DNA of 64,000 bases from a virus (lineage: Duplodnaviria; Caudoviricetes). The DNA is taken from positions 8,249 to 72,248 of the IMG/VR virus record IMGVR_UViG_3300012983_000044; one strand, given 5' to 3'. Shown here one piece after another: positions 1 through 9,256 of the stretch (position 1 is the stretch's first letter; each line of letters opens with the position of its first letter). The translations under genes were made by a program, and so were the position numbers. A model generated the notes under the pieces. It made no database searches, had not been told where the DNA came from, and worked only from the letters and a program-made list of their open reading frames with translations.

Positions 1-2
1 GC

Positions 3-143
3 GGTGTAGAAAGCCAAATTCTGAGTATTGAGAATGGAATACACAGACATTTCAAGTACGCCGACATGATGGAATATATTCGCAATAATGTTATTCCAAT
101 TGCAGGTGTCATAAGGAGCGTGGTTGATAGTGGGCAAGGTTAA
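3..143 (+). CDS. 3' end of head-tail connector protein (partial, runs off window start)
   Basis: Open frame GVESQILSIENGIHRHFKYADMM...G*; the ENGIxRxF/Y motif is typical of siphophage connectors; upstream of head-closure gene. Confidence 0.6.
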   Translation, partial: GVESQILSIENGIHRHFKYADMMEYIRNNVIPIAGVIRSVVDSGQG

Positions 144-759
144 GGACCTTACCGGACAGCGCTTTGGTTTGCTTACCGCTATTGAGCTTTCTGGAAAGGC
201 AAAAAACGGTAACATGCTTTGGAAGTGTTACTGTGATTGTGGAAACACAACTGTAGTTTTTTCAACAAGTCTCGTACAAGGTACCACGAAAAGCTGTGGG
301 TGTTATAAAAAGCTACGCACTTCCGAAGTAAAACATCGGCATGGGGGAACTGGTACACGTCTTTACAGGATATGGACCGGAATGCTTTCAAGATGCAAAA
401 CGAATCGTCCAAAATTTGTTGCCACTTATGTGTCGCGCAACATTACTGTTTGCGATGAATGGAAAGATTACCAAGCTTTTCATGATTGGGCAATAAGCAA
501 TGGCTACCGCGATGATCTTACCATAGATCGTATAGATGTAAATGGCAACTATGAACCCAACAACTGCCGGTGGGTTACTCAGAAAGTCCAGCAAAACAAC
601 CGCTCCAACAATCACCTCATTACTTTTAATGGCAAAACACAGACTATGTCTCAGTGGGCGGATGAGCTTGGTATGCGTGCTATGGCCCTCCAACATAGGA
701 TTATGCGCGGTTGGACTGTTGAACAGGCTTTAACCATTCCGATTGGAGGCAGGCGATGA
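124..759 (+). CDS. free-standing HNH-type homing endonuclease
   Basis: DLTGQRFG..WKCYCDCG..TKSCGC N-terminal module and TIDRIDVNGNYEPNNCRW HNH-like core. Confidence 0.8.
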   Translation: MIVGKVKDLTGQRFGLLTAIELSGKAKNGNMLWKCYCDCGNTTVVFSTSLVQGTTKSCGCYKKLRTSEVKHRHGGTGTRLYRIWTGMLSRCKTNRPKFVATYVSRNITVCDEWKDYQAFHDWAISNGYRDDLTIDRIDVNGNYEPNNCRWVTQKVQQNNRSNNHLITFNGKTQTMSQWADELGMRAMALQHRIMRGWTVEQALTIPIGGRR

Positions 760-1166
760 GGACAGCGAACCGTAACAAGCAGCCTTTCTGGTATGCGCTG
801 TATGATGAAACGGCTGAGGGTTATGACGAATATGGCAATCAGAACAGCACTCATCCGACATATGGCAACCCCATAAAGGCTTATGCCAATATATCGCCTG
901 CCCGTGGTGACGTTGCTGCCCGCCAGTTTGGTGACGACGATCAGTATGATAAGGAAGTGCTTCTTGAGAACAGAGACACACCTATCAACGAGTATGCGGT
1001 GCTGTGGATTGATACAGTGCCGCAGCTTGATGAGAACGGCGCGTTAGTCAGGAATGATAACGGCCAGATCGTTACACCGTGGGACTACATCGTCAAAAAG
1101 GTTGGGCGCGGCCTTCCAATCTTTGGCAGTACTATTCTTGCAGTAAGCAAGGTGAGCGTCTCATGA
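756..1166 (+). CDS. head closure / head-tail adaptor protein
   Basis: Size, position and ANISPARG motif within the morphogenesis operon. Confidence 0.6.
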   Translation: MRTANRNKQPFWYALYDETAEGYDEYGNQNSTHPTYGNPIKAYANISPARGDVAARQFGDDDQYDKEVLLENRDTPINEYAVLWIDTVPQLDENGALVRNDNGQIVTPWDYIVKKVGRGLPIFGSTILAVSKVSVS

Positions 1167-1660
1167 GCAGGACAATCAAACTCGGCTTTGACAGCGCCAG
1201 CATAACGAGAGCATTGCAAGAACTGCAAGGGTATCAGCTTTGGCTTCGTGAGAAGGCAGATAAACTGGCAATCGAATTGACGCTCAGAGGGCTTGATTAT
1301 GTGGCAATGCACTTCGAAAGTGCGTACTACAAAGGCCCACGCGATGACATCAGCTATGATGTTGAGGACAGGGGCGATGGCGTCTATGCGATTGTTGTAA
1401 ACGGAGAGACTGCCGTCATAATTGAATTTGGCGCGGGTGTTACACGCGGTTACGGCCATCCGCAGGCAGAGGAGTTTGGGTTCGGACCTGGCACATATCC
1501 AGGCCAAACTCATGCCATGGATCCCAATGGCTGGTATCTCCCAAGGTCTGCTGGCGGCGGACATACGGATGGCAACCCTCCAAGTATGTCTATGTACAAT
1601 ACCGCAAAAACGCTGCGTGAAGAACTTGCGAACGTTGCGAGGGAGGTGTTCGGCAAGTGA
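1163..1660 (+). CDS. HK97 gp10-like tail completion protein
   Basis: AVIIEFGAG/TG motif; ATG at 1163 overlaps the previous stop. Confidence 0.6.
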   Translation: MSRTIKLGFDSASITRALQELQGYQLWLREKADKLAIELTLRGLDYVAMHFESAYYKGPRDDISYDVEDRGDGVYAIVVNGETAVIIEFGAGVTRGYGHPQAEEFGFGPGTYPGQTHAMDPNGWYLPRSAGGGHTDGNPPSMSMYNTAKTLREELANVAREVFGK

Positions 1661-2073
1661 TTTCGCCGGAGAATCCTTTATTTACTATGGTCGCAAAAGC
1701 AACACGCGATGCTTTCCCGGGCGTTTTTGTAACAGGAGAATATGTCAGTCAACCACCTGCCTTTCCTGCTGTACATATTGAGGAATTTGACAACTTCCCC
1801 GTTCGCTCCACACAAACCAATGTCAGTCTTGAAAACACTGTACAGGTTGTGTATGAGGTCAATGTGTACAGCAATTTAACTGGCAGAAAGAAGGCTCAGT
1901 GCAAAGCCATCGCTGCTTTTATTGACTCAAAGTTCATGGAGTTGGGGTTTACGCGGATTCTGTTAAAACCTGTACAAAACATGAACGACGCAACAATCTA
2001 CCGCATGTATGGGCGATACCGTGGTGAGGTCGCCAAGGATGCGGATGAGAACTACCTTGTATACAGGAGGTAA
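1657..2073 (+). CDS. tail terminator protein
   Basis: FPAVHIEE and YEVNVYSN motifs; immediately upstream of major tail protein. Confidence 0.65.
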   Translation: MISPENPLFTMVAKATRDAFPGVFVTGEYVSQPPAFPAVHIEEFDNFPVRSTQTNVSLENTVQVVYEVNVYSNLTGRKKAQCKAIAAFIDSKFMELGFTRILLKPVQNMNDATIYRMYGRYRGEVAKDADENYLVYRR

Positions 2074-2079
2074 TGAGAC

Positions 2080-2520
2080 ATGTCCCAAGCAATCTCTACG
2101 TTCCAGGCCAATCTCATGCAGGGCACGGGTTCTGGCACTGTCAACTGGACGCAGCTCGTCGAGATCAAGGACTTTCCTGATCTTTGGGGTGCTCCCGAAG
2201 CTCTGGACAAGACCACGACATCTGATCCGATGTTCACCTACATCGAGGGTATCAAGGCCAACGAGCAGAAGTCCTTCACCTGCAACTACAACGCTGCCGA
2301 CTTTGCCAAGATCAAGGCGCTGGAGGGTCAGGAAACCCCCATTGCAATTTGGTTTGGCGCGTCCAAGAGCGGCACTTCCTATACCCCGGATGGCAGCCTG
2401 GGCAAGTTCCAGGGCAAGGCGTTCTTGAACGTCTTTGTCAACGGCGGTGCTGTCAACGAAGTGGTCAATATGACCGTAACTGCGACCATGACCGAAGGCT
2501 TTGAACCTGTCAGCGATTAA
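2080..2520 (+). CDS. major tail (tube) protein
   Basis: IKDFPDLWGAPEALDKTT motif; position; followed by a hairpin. Confidence 0.75.
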   Translation: MSQAISTFQANLMQGTGSGTVNWTQLVEIKDFPDLWGAPEALDKTTTSDPMFTYIEGIKANEQKSFTCNYNAADFAKIKALEGQETPIAIWFGASKSGTSYTPDGSLGKFQGKAFLNVFVNGGAVNEVVNMTVTATMTEGFEPVSD

Positions 2521-2533
2521 TAACGCTGGAATT

Positions 2534-2573
2534 GTAGGCAGGAGGTTAATTTCCAGGTTAAACTCCTGCCTGC
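2534..2573 (+). terminator. stem-loop after major tail gene
   Basis: GTAGGCAGGAG...CTCCTGCCTGC inverted repeat. Confidence 0.5.
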
Positions 2574-2610
2574 TCTCAAATGAGATGAAAAACGAAAGGA
2601 AATATCAAGT

Positions 2611-2964
2611 ATGAGCAAGCAGATTAGCTTTGAATACAAGGGCAAGCCGTATTGCCTTGAATATACACGCGCTTCTGTCAAGTACATGGAGCAAAATATG
2701 GGGTTCAACCCCAATGACATTCAGGACAAGTTGATGACGCGCCTGCCGCAGATGTTCCGTGGCGCTTTCATCGCCCATCATCCCGACATCAAGAACAAGG
2801 TCGTCGAGGCTATCTATGACACCATGGACGACAAGACCAGCCTGTTCAAGTGCCTGTTTGAGATGTACAACGATCCCTACAATGAGATGCTGGAGTCTCC
2901 CAAGGGTGACAAGGGAAACGTAGTGACATGGACGGCGAACTGGAATATGGAGGACGAGGATTAA
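2611..2964 (+). CDS. tail assembly chaperone (gpG-like)
   Basis: Located between tail tube and tape measure genes; slippery heptamer near its 3' end. Confidence 0.75.
   Translation: MSKQISFEYKGKPYCLEYTRASVKYMEQNMGFNPNDIQDKLMTRLPQMFRGAFIAHHPDIKNKVVEAIYDTMDDKTSLFKCLFEMYNDPYNEMLESPKGDKGNVVTWTANWNMEDED
2913..2919 (+). other. -1 ribosomal frameshift slippery site G GGA AAC
   Basis: X XXY YYZ heptamer in the chaperone frame; the -1 frame is open from here to 3419. Confidence 0.75.
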
Positions 2965-3419
2965 TCGAGGATCAGCCGTCCGAAACTGAACAATCAAAAA
3001 CGTATAAGAGCTATTCGGAGGTCTTTGACGCCGCTTTCCCCGAGTATCTTGCGATGGGCATGACGTATGACCTTTACTGGCATGGAGATGCTTCGCTGGT
3101 CAAAGCCTTCCGTAAAGCGAAAAAAATCAGGCGAGAAGAAAAAAACTTTGAACTATGGCTTCAAGGGAAATACATTTACGAAGCCATTGGAGCGCTTGCA
3201 CCCATTCTGAGGACTTCTTTAAGCAAAACTCCGGCGAAGGCTGAAAAATACGTCAGTAAGCCATATCCGCTTGACGGGGATGCGGCGAAGAAGGCCATAG
3301 AGAACGCACAGAAAGCGCGTATGATGGGCGCTTTGGAGAGATTCAAACGCGAAGCCGAAACAAAGCGGCTTAAACGATTACAGCAGGAAAAGGAGGCGAG
3401 AGAAAAAAATGGCGAATGA
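2928..3419 (+). CDS. tail assembly chaperone extension (gpT-like), probably made by frameshift
   Basis: -1 frame overlap with upstream ORF; YLAMGMTYDLYWHGD motif. Confidence 0.7.
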   Translation: MDGELEYGGRGLIEDQPSETEQSKTYKSYSEVFDAAFPEYLAMGMTYDLYWHGDASLVKAFRKAKKIRREEKNFELWLQGKYIYEAIGALAPILRTSLSKTPAKAEKYVSKPYPLDGDAAKKAIENAQKARMMGALERFKREAETKRLKRLQQEKEAREKNGE

Positions 3420-6400
3420 AGGCACGAATGAAGTCAATATTGATCGGCTGTCAATAGAAGTCAGTGCAAACGCTGAGCCCGCCGCAAAAAGTATCGGTGA
3501 CCTCGCCTCCGCTGTAAGGAAATTCAATTCTGAAATTGCGAAAAGCAAGGGCTTTGGAGGACTTGTTACTCTTGCGAACGTCTCCAAGACTGCATCGGAC
3601 AATATGCAGGACGCTCCGAACAGGCTGCGCGATCTTGCAAATGCTCTGATCCAGATTTCCAACAGCACTAAGGGACTGAAAATACCATCCGACCTGACTA
3701 AGGGCCTTTCTGAAATCGGGACTGCCGTAAAGTCTATCAGCGCAAATATCGGTCAGCGTATGCAGTCTCTTGCGTCTGGTCTGTCTGCGCTTCGGGACGC
3801 GGGGGAAGTGCGGATTTCCAATTCCATTGGAACTGGCATTAACGCCATCAATGATGCGCTGGCGAAACTGAATGTCAATAATCTGTCACGCATTGACAGG
3901 TTTGTTGAGAGTGTTCGTCAACTGGAAGGCATCAACGGTCTTACTATATCCGCAAGTTTGGCTCGTGAGATCACGAACATTGCTGAGGCTGCGGAATTGA
4001 TCAGCGATGTGGATTTCACTCCGCTTCGAGATATGGGCAATGCCGTTGCTCATCTTGCGGTTGCGAACGATGTCCGCATCAGCAATCGTCTGGCCGAAAA
4101 CATCGTCAACCTCAGCGTTGCCGCTCAGGAAGTTCAGGGAACGGATTGGACTGAGTTTGAACGTATGGCAGAGGGCCTGCGCCATCTTGAAGGGCTTGGG
4201 CAGATTCGCATACCGAAAATACGTCCCACACAGCAGCACGTCAAACAGCGCAAGGACAGCGCCCAAAAGGTGCGTGACGCCAGCGCTACGCAAAATGGTG
4301 GAGGGATTGCTAACGCCACTGATGCTGCTGAGCGGGCTGCTGTTAATGTCGAACGTCTGCGTGGTACACTGAAAAACGCCAATGATGTGCGTGCGTTTGT
4401 GAACGCCAACAGAGATACTGACATTCTTGCTGTGAGGCTGGCTGCGGCGAGGGATCGCTTACAGGACCTCATTAATACAGGCGAAGGAGAACTAAATCTG
4501 AACGCCATTGCCAACGCAACTGAACAAGTAAAGAAGCTTGAACGGGAGCTTGAAAATGCCCGGCACAGCTCTGTGCGTTTTGCCGAACAATTTGGCGGTG
4601 GCTTTGCCAAGGGTGCTGGAATTAGGGGGCTGGTCAGCCAAATTCAGCAGGTATTCTCATCTCCCGGCAATGCCATTGGGTTTGGCCTTGGCGTAGCTGT
4701 GAGGTTTACGGTGACACAAATAGGTCATCTCACCTCCGCGCTGAAAAATGTCGGTATCAAGGCATTTACAACAGGCGTGAACGCGCTAAAGACTGCCCTG
4801 AACGGCATAGGCTCTGCGGCCATGGCTGCTGGCAAGGGCCTGGTTTCGCTTGGCAAAATGGGAGCGAGTGGCCTTGCCAGCATTGCAAATATCGAGTTCA
4901 AGAGCATTATGTCATTGCCTTCGCTGTTTGCCAACAACCTGAAAGATAGGATTGCCGGTGTTGCAAAAAGCATCAGCGGATTTGTACGTTCGCTGGGACG
5001 CATTGCTTTTTACAGGGCAATTCGTACTGCGATCAAGGAAGTTACCAAGGCGTTTACTGATGGTATTGGCAATCTGTATCAGTGGAGTTTGCTGGTAGAT
5101 CACACCTTTGCAAAGAGCATGGACAAGATTGCAACCTACATGCAGTATCTCAAAAACAGCCTGGGTGCAATGGTGGCTCCCATCATCAACACGCTTGCGC
5201 CAGCCATTGATTTTGTGGTGGATAAGTTTGTTGACGGTATCAACCTTGTGAACCAGTTCCTTGCGGCGATTACCGGCAGCGACACCTATACTGCCGCGAA
5301 AAAGGTTGCGACGGAATGGGCTGAGAATGAGACCGAGAAGGCCAACAAGAATCTGAAAGAGCTGAAAAAGACCATCCTTGGCTTCGATGAGCTGAATATT
5401 CTTAACAGGGACACTCGCACGGACGAGCAGAAAAATGGCAAGGAGGTTCCTGACTATCGTTCGATGTTTGAAACCCGGAAAGTCGAAAATGACATTTCCG
5501 ATTTCGCCAGGAAGATTCGTGAAGCGTTTGAGAACGGCGAATGGGCCAGTCTCGGCGGGATGTTTGCCGACAAGTTTAATGCCTTGGTGGATGGTATTGA
5601 CTGGCCGGGTCTTGGAAAAAAGCTCGGTGACGGCCTGAATGGTCTCGCTGGTATTTACAACGGATTCATGGATGGAGTGGATTGGGTTGGCCTTGGCGAT
5701 AGTTTTGCTGATGGTCTTAATAGTCTTATTGAGACTGTAAATTGGCGCGAGCTGGGACGTTCGCTCACACAGCACATTGATGCTCTGTTTGGCGTGATAG
5801 CCGGGTTTGTCGAGAAGTTTGACTGGGTAAAGGCAGGTAAAGCCCTTGCCGATGCTGTCTATGGCATGTTTGACGGCATTGACTGGGATCAGGTCGGGAC
5901 AGCGATAGGCAAAGCACTGACTGGCCTCGGAGGAGCGCTACTCAGTTTTGCGGTAAACTTTCCGTGGGTTGAGGTCGGAACCAGGCTTGGAAATGGAGCG
6001 AACAAACTGTTTGAAAATATCAACTGGGAGACTATTGCCAACGGTCTGCTTGGTGCTTTCAATGGTGCTTTGGATTCACTACTGACTTTCATAAGCACTT
6101 TTAAGTGGACAAAGCACGGACAAGAGTTTGCAAAAGGCATTTTAAGGATCGTTGAGTATTTCCCGACTGCAAAAATGGTTGAATCCATTACATCTGCGCT
6201 TACTGGTGTCATGGACTTTATCCTTCCTACAATTACGGACCCTGAGTTTTGGGATGGTATCGGTGCTCAGTTCAAATCCGCAGTAAGTAAACTGTTCTTG
6301 CAGAGCAATCAGTTCTGGAGCACTCTTGGCGATACCGTACTGTCGCTATTCAAGGGCGCTTTGCGGTCCATTACGAAGTTTGCCAGTGAATTTGAGTGGG

Positions 6401-8847
6401 GGGAAGCAGGAAAGAAATTTGGCAATGCCATCTTTAAGATCGTTGACAACTTCCCGCTTAATGAGCTGGGAACTGCCTTGGAAACGCTCATGGAAGGCGC
6501 GTTTGACTTTGTGAATAACATGCTTGGGGAAGAAAACTCACAGATGTTCACAAAGTTCGGGGATAGGCTTGCCACGTTCTTCAATAATGCCTTTAGCAAT
6601 AAGACGCTTTTTACCAAGGCTGGCGAAGCAGCCAACAAACTACTGCTTGGCATTTTGTCAATCGGAGATTCATTTGTCCGTGGTTTTAACGCCAAAGAGG
6701 CCGGTGACAGCATTGCGAGGGCATTGGACAAGATTAATTGGAATACGATTGCCAGCACTACGTGGGTGCTTATAAAAGAAGCATTTAAGAAAACCGGAGA
6801 CTTTCTTGATGCGCTGTTTGGAGATGGAACCCGGGTAGAATATGATTCAATGCTGCGCATGAATCGTATTATCAAAGATGATCGCAGTCTTGGTACGAAG
6901 ATTGGAGCAAGGATTTCTGCTGCTATTGGGAGTATTGACTGGAAACAGTTTGGCGCAGATATAGGTAAGGGCGCAAGGGCACTCTTTAGTGCAATAGCAG
7001 ATTTCTTTAACAAGCTCAGGGACGAAGGCGAGGTCCGAACTGCGATTACGAATTTCTTCGCAGGGCTAAAAGTTCGTGAAACGGTTGACGCTGCTATCAG
7101 TGCGCTCGGTTCATTCTTTTCGTTTTTTGCCGATGCCTTTAGAGATTCTTTATTGGAAGCACTTATTAATGCGTTGAATGGTGTAATAGGCAAAGCGTTG
7201 ATAGGCAAAGAGAACTACGACGCCCTCGTTTCGGGGAATGTGGATGAAGGCTTAACCGGAACTGTGTTAAGAGCTCTTATGGGACCTGTGTATGATATGA
7301 TCGGCAACATCGGTAAAGCAGGCGGTGTATTATTCGGCGGCCTGTTTGGTGGAGGTTCGGCTCTTGCCGAAGGTGAAGGCCAGGGGTTTACATTTGACAC
7401 AAACTCCATTACCAACATGTTCATTCAGCCTGGAGGTATTCATGATGCTTTTGAACAAGGCTGGTCGTCCATCAACGCAATGACAAAAACGTGGATGGAA
7501 ACCATACAGGGTACGATCTCTCAATCCATTCAGGGAATGGTTACACTGGTTCTGCAACCCTTGAACAACCTGACTGAAATCGGCATTCCTGGGATTCTAC
7601 TCAGAATCAACGCTACTGTCACGACGGGGCTTAATGCCATTCAGCAGGCAGTTTCAGGCGAAGGCGGTATGCAGGGGCTTGTCACGCTGGTGTTGCAGCC
7701 TTTGAACAACCTGGCTGACGTTGGTGTTCCCAATAAAATAAACAGCATTGTTGGTACATTTACAAGTGGCTGGGGAAACATCAACTCTGCGACTGCAACC
7801 GCTATGACGCTGCTGCAAACCACGATAATGACGGCCCTTAGCAATCTGTCGAATGTTGGAATCCCGACGAAGATGTCCAGTTTTAGCACAACCATTACAA
7901 GTGGTTGGAATGCAATAAACTCTGCGACTGCAACCGCTATGACGCTGTTCCAGAGTACCATACTGACTGCGCTGACTAACCTCGCAAGTGTCGGTTTTCC
8001 CACGAAAATGTCCAGTTTCCTTACTACGGTCAGCACGGGGTGGACATCTATAAACTCCAACACCGCTACATCCATGACGCAGTTCCAGAGTGTTATCATG
8101 CAGGCGATGAACAACCTGAGCAATGTTGGGATTCCGAACACGATGCGATCAATCTCATCGACGTTCTCAAATGGGTTTTACAGCATCAGCGCTGGTGTGG
8201 CTACAACCATGACACAAGTGCAAAGCAGCGTTTTGCAAGCGTTGACAAACATTGAGAACGTGCTGCCCGGGCGATTCAGGAACATGGTCAACAGCATCAT
8301 CAGCGTATCAAACGGCATGATTGGTGGCGTTGAAAGCGCAACAAACAGCGTTGTCAATGGACTGAATAATGCTCTCCAGGTCCACTTGCGGTTTGACAAA
8401 CCGTCATGGGCTGGCGGCGGGACTTACACTTGGGACTTTTATCCGAATCTGCCTCATGTGAATTTCGGGAGGATCAACGCGCTTGCCGAAGGCGGCATAT
8501 TGGACGGCCCTATAATGCTGACACCCGATGTGCTTGCTGGAGAAGCCGGACGTGAGGCTGTGCTGCCGCTTGAAAGCCATACCGAGTGGATGGATGAAGT
8601 GGCCGAAAGGGTGTTGGCACAATCCGCCGAAAATGGGATTTCGCTGGCAACGAGCTATGACATTGGCGACTACGAGTACGAGCAAAACAGCGAACAGGAG
8701 CTTGCACTTTTGCGTGAACAAAACCGTCTGCTGCAACAGTTGATCGACAAGGATTACAACTTTGAGATCACTACAGGGCAGTACGAAAAGGCGCAGCGCC
8801 GCACAAACCGCAGGGCCGGGAAAATGATCATTGCTACCGGCACCTAA
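3409..8847 (+). CDS. tape measure protein
   Basis: 1812 aa, Ala/Gly-rich helical sequence with periodic W/F residues; canonical position. Confidence 0.92.
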   Translation: MANEGTNEVNIDRLSIEVSANAEPAAKSIGDLASAVRKFNSEIAKSKGFGGLVTLANVSKTASDNMQDAPNRLRDLANALIQISNSTKGLKIPSDLTKGLSEIGTAVKSISANIGQRMQSLASGLSALRDAGEVRISNSIGTGINAINDALAKLNVNNLSRIDRFVESVRQLEGINGLTISASLAREITNIAEAAELISDVDFTPLRDMGNAVAHLAVANDVRISNRLAENIVNLSVAAQEVQGTDWTEFERMAEGLRHLEGLGQIRIPKIRPTQQHVKQRKDSAQKVRDASATQNGGGIANATDAAERAAVNVERLRGTLKNANDVRAFVNANRDTDILAVRLAAARDRLQDLINTGEGELNLNAIANATEQVKKLERELENARHSSVRFAEQFGGGFAKGAGIRGLVSQIQQVFSSPGNAIGFGLGVAVRFTVTQIGHLTSALKNVGIKAFTTGVNALKTALNGIGSAAMAAGKGLVSLGKMGASGLASIANIEFKSIMSLPSLFANNLKDRIAGVAKSISGFVRSLGRIAFYRAIRTAIKEVTKAFTDGIGNLYQWSLLVDHTFAKSMDKIATYMQYLKNSLGAMVAPIINTLAPAIDFVVDKFVDGINLVNQFLAAITGSDTYTAAKKVATEWAENETEKANKNLKELKKTILGFDELNILNRDTRTDEQKNGKEVPDYRSMFETRKVENDISDFARKIREAFENGEWASLGGMFADKFNALVDGIDWPGLGKKLGDGLNGLAGIYNGFMDGVDWVGLGDSFADGLNSLIETVNWRELGRSLTQHIDALFGVIAGFVEKFDWVKAGKALADAVYGMFDGIDWDQVGTAIGKALTGLGGALLSFAVNFPWVEVGTRLGNGANKLFENINWETIANGLLGAFNGALDSLLTFISTFKWTKHGQEFAKGILRIVEYFPTAKMVESITSALTGVMDFILPTITDPEFWDGIGAQFKSAVSKLFLQSNQFWSTLGDTVLSLFKGALRSITKFASEFEWGEAGKKFGNAIFKIVDNFPLNELGTALETLMEGAFDFVNNMLGEENSQMFTKFGDRLATFFNNAFSNKTLFTKAGEAANKLLLGILSIGDSFVRGFNAKEAGDSIARALDKINWNTIASTTWVLIKEAFKKTGDFLDALFGDGTRVEYDSMLRMNRIIKDDRSLGTKIGARISAAIGSIDWKQFGADIGKGARALFSAIADFFNKLRDEGEVRTAITNFFAGLKVRETVDAAISALGSFFSFFADAFRDSLLEALINALNGVIGKALIGKENYDALVSGNVDEGLTGTVLRALMGPVYDMIGNIGKAGGVLFGGLFGGGSALAEGEGQGFTFDTNSITNMFIQPGGIHDAFEQGWSSINAMTKTWMETIQGTISQSIQGMVTLVLQPLNNLTEIGIPGILLRINATVTTGLNAIQQAVSGEGGMQGLVTLVLQPLNNLADVGVPNKINSIVGTFTSGWGNINSATATAMTLLQTTIMTALSNLSNVGIPTKMSSFSTTITSGWNAINSATATAMTLFQSTILTALTNLASVGFPTKMSSFLTTVSTGWTSINSNTATSMTQFQSVIMQAMNNLSNVGIPNTMRSISSTFSNGFYSISAGVATTMTQVQSSVLQALTNIENVLPGRFRNMVNSIISVSNGMIGGVESATNSVVNGLNNALQVHLRFDKPSWAGGGTYTWDFYPNLPHVNFGRINALAEGGILDGPIMLTPDVLAGEAGREAVLPLESHTEWMDEVAERVLAQSAENGISLATSYDIGDYEYEQNSEQELALLREQNRLLQQLIDKDYNFEITTGQYEKAQRRTNRRAGKMIIATGT
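7600..8250 (+). repeat. 45-aa (135-nt) tandem repeats in tape measure C-terminal region
   Basis: TCTGCGACTGCAACCGCTATGACGCTG at 7786 and 7921; repeated GWxxINSxTAT..LSNVGIP units. Confidence 0.75.
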
Positions 8848-8872
8848 GATTTAACGAGGAGGGACAGGGCAA

Positions 8873-9238
8873 ATGCCAAACCAGGCCTACAATCCTATTC
8901 AGAGTGTGGACGGGGTGGCTGTGCCCTGTCCCTCCAAATATGACTGGAAACTGAGCGATGTTTCTGACGGCGATGCCGGGCGTACAGAGGACGCATTGAT
9001 GCACAAGATGGAAGTCGCTCAAAAGGTACACATTGAACTGGAATGGAAGAACATACTGGATGGTCCTGCAAGCGCGATTCTCCGGGCATTTAACCCTGAA
9101 TATATCATAGTCAACTACTACGACTATAAAGCAATGGGATTTCAGACAAAGACCTTCTATGTGGGTGACAGACAGGTTACCACATACAGCCGATTGCTTG
9201 GAATATCCACGGTTTCATTCAACATTATTGAGCGATAA
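8873..9238 (+). CDS. distal tail protein (Dit-like)
   Basis: Follows tape measure; DAGRTEDA and TFYVGDR motifs. Confidence 0.7.
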   Translation: MPNQAYNPIQSVDGVAVPCPSKYDWKLSDVSDGDAGRTEDALMHKMEVAQKVHIELEWKNILDGPASAILRAFNPEYIIVNYYDYKAMGFQTKTFYVGDRQVTTYSRLLGISTVSFNIIER

Positions 9239-9256
9239 AGGCGGCGAATCGCAGTC

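Noticed and set aside
3886-8736. Many 100-300 aa alternative-frame and antisense ORFs over the tape measure gene
   Set aside because: Shadow ORFs of a long GC-rich gene; no RBS or motifs
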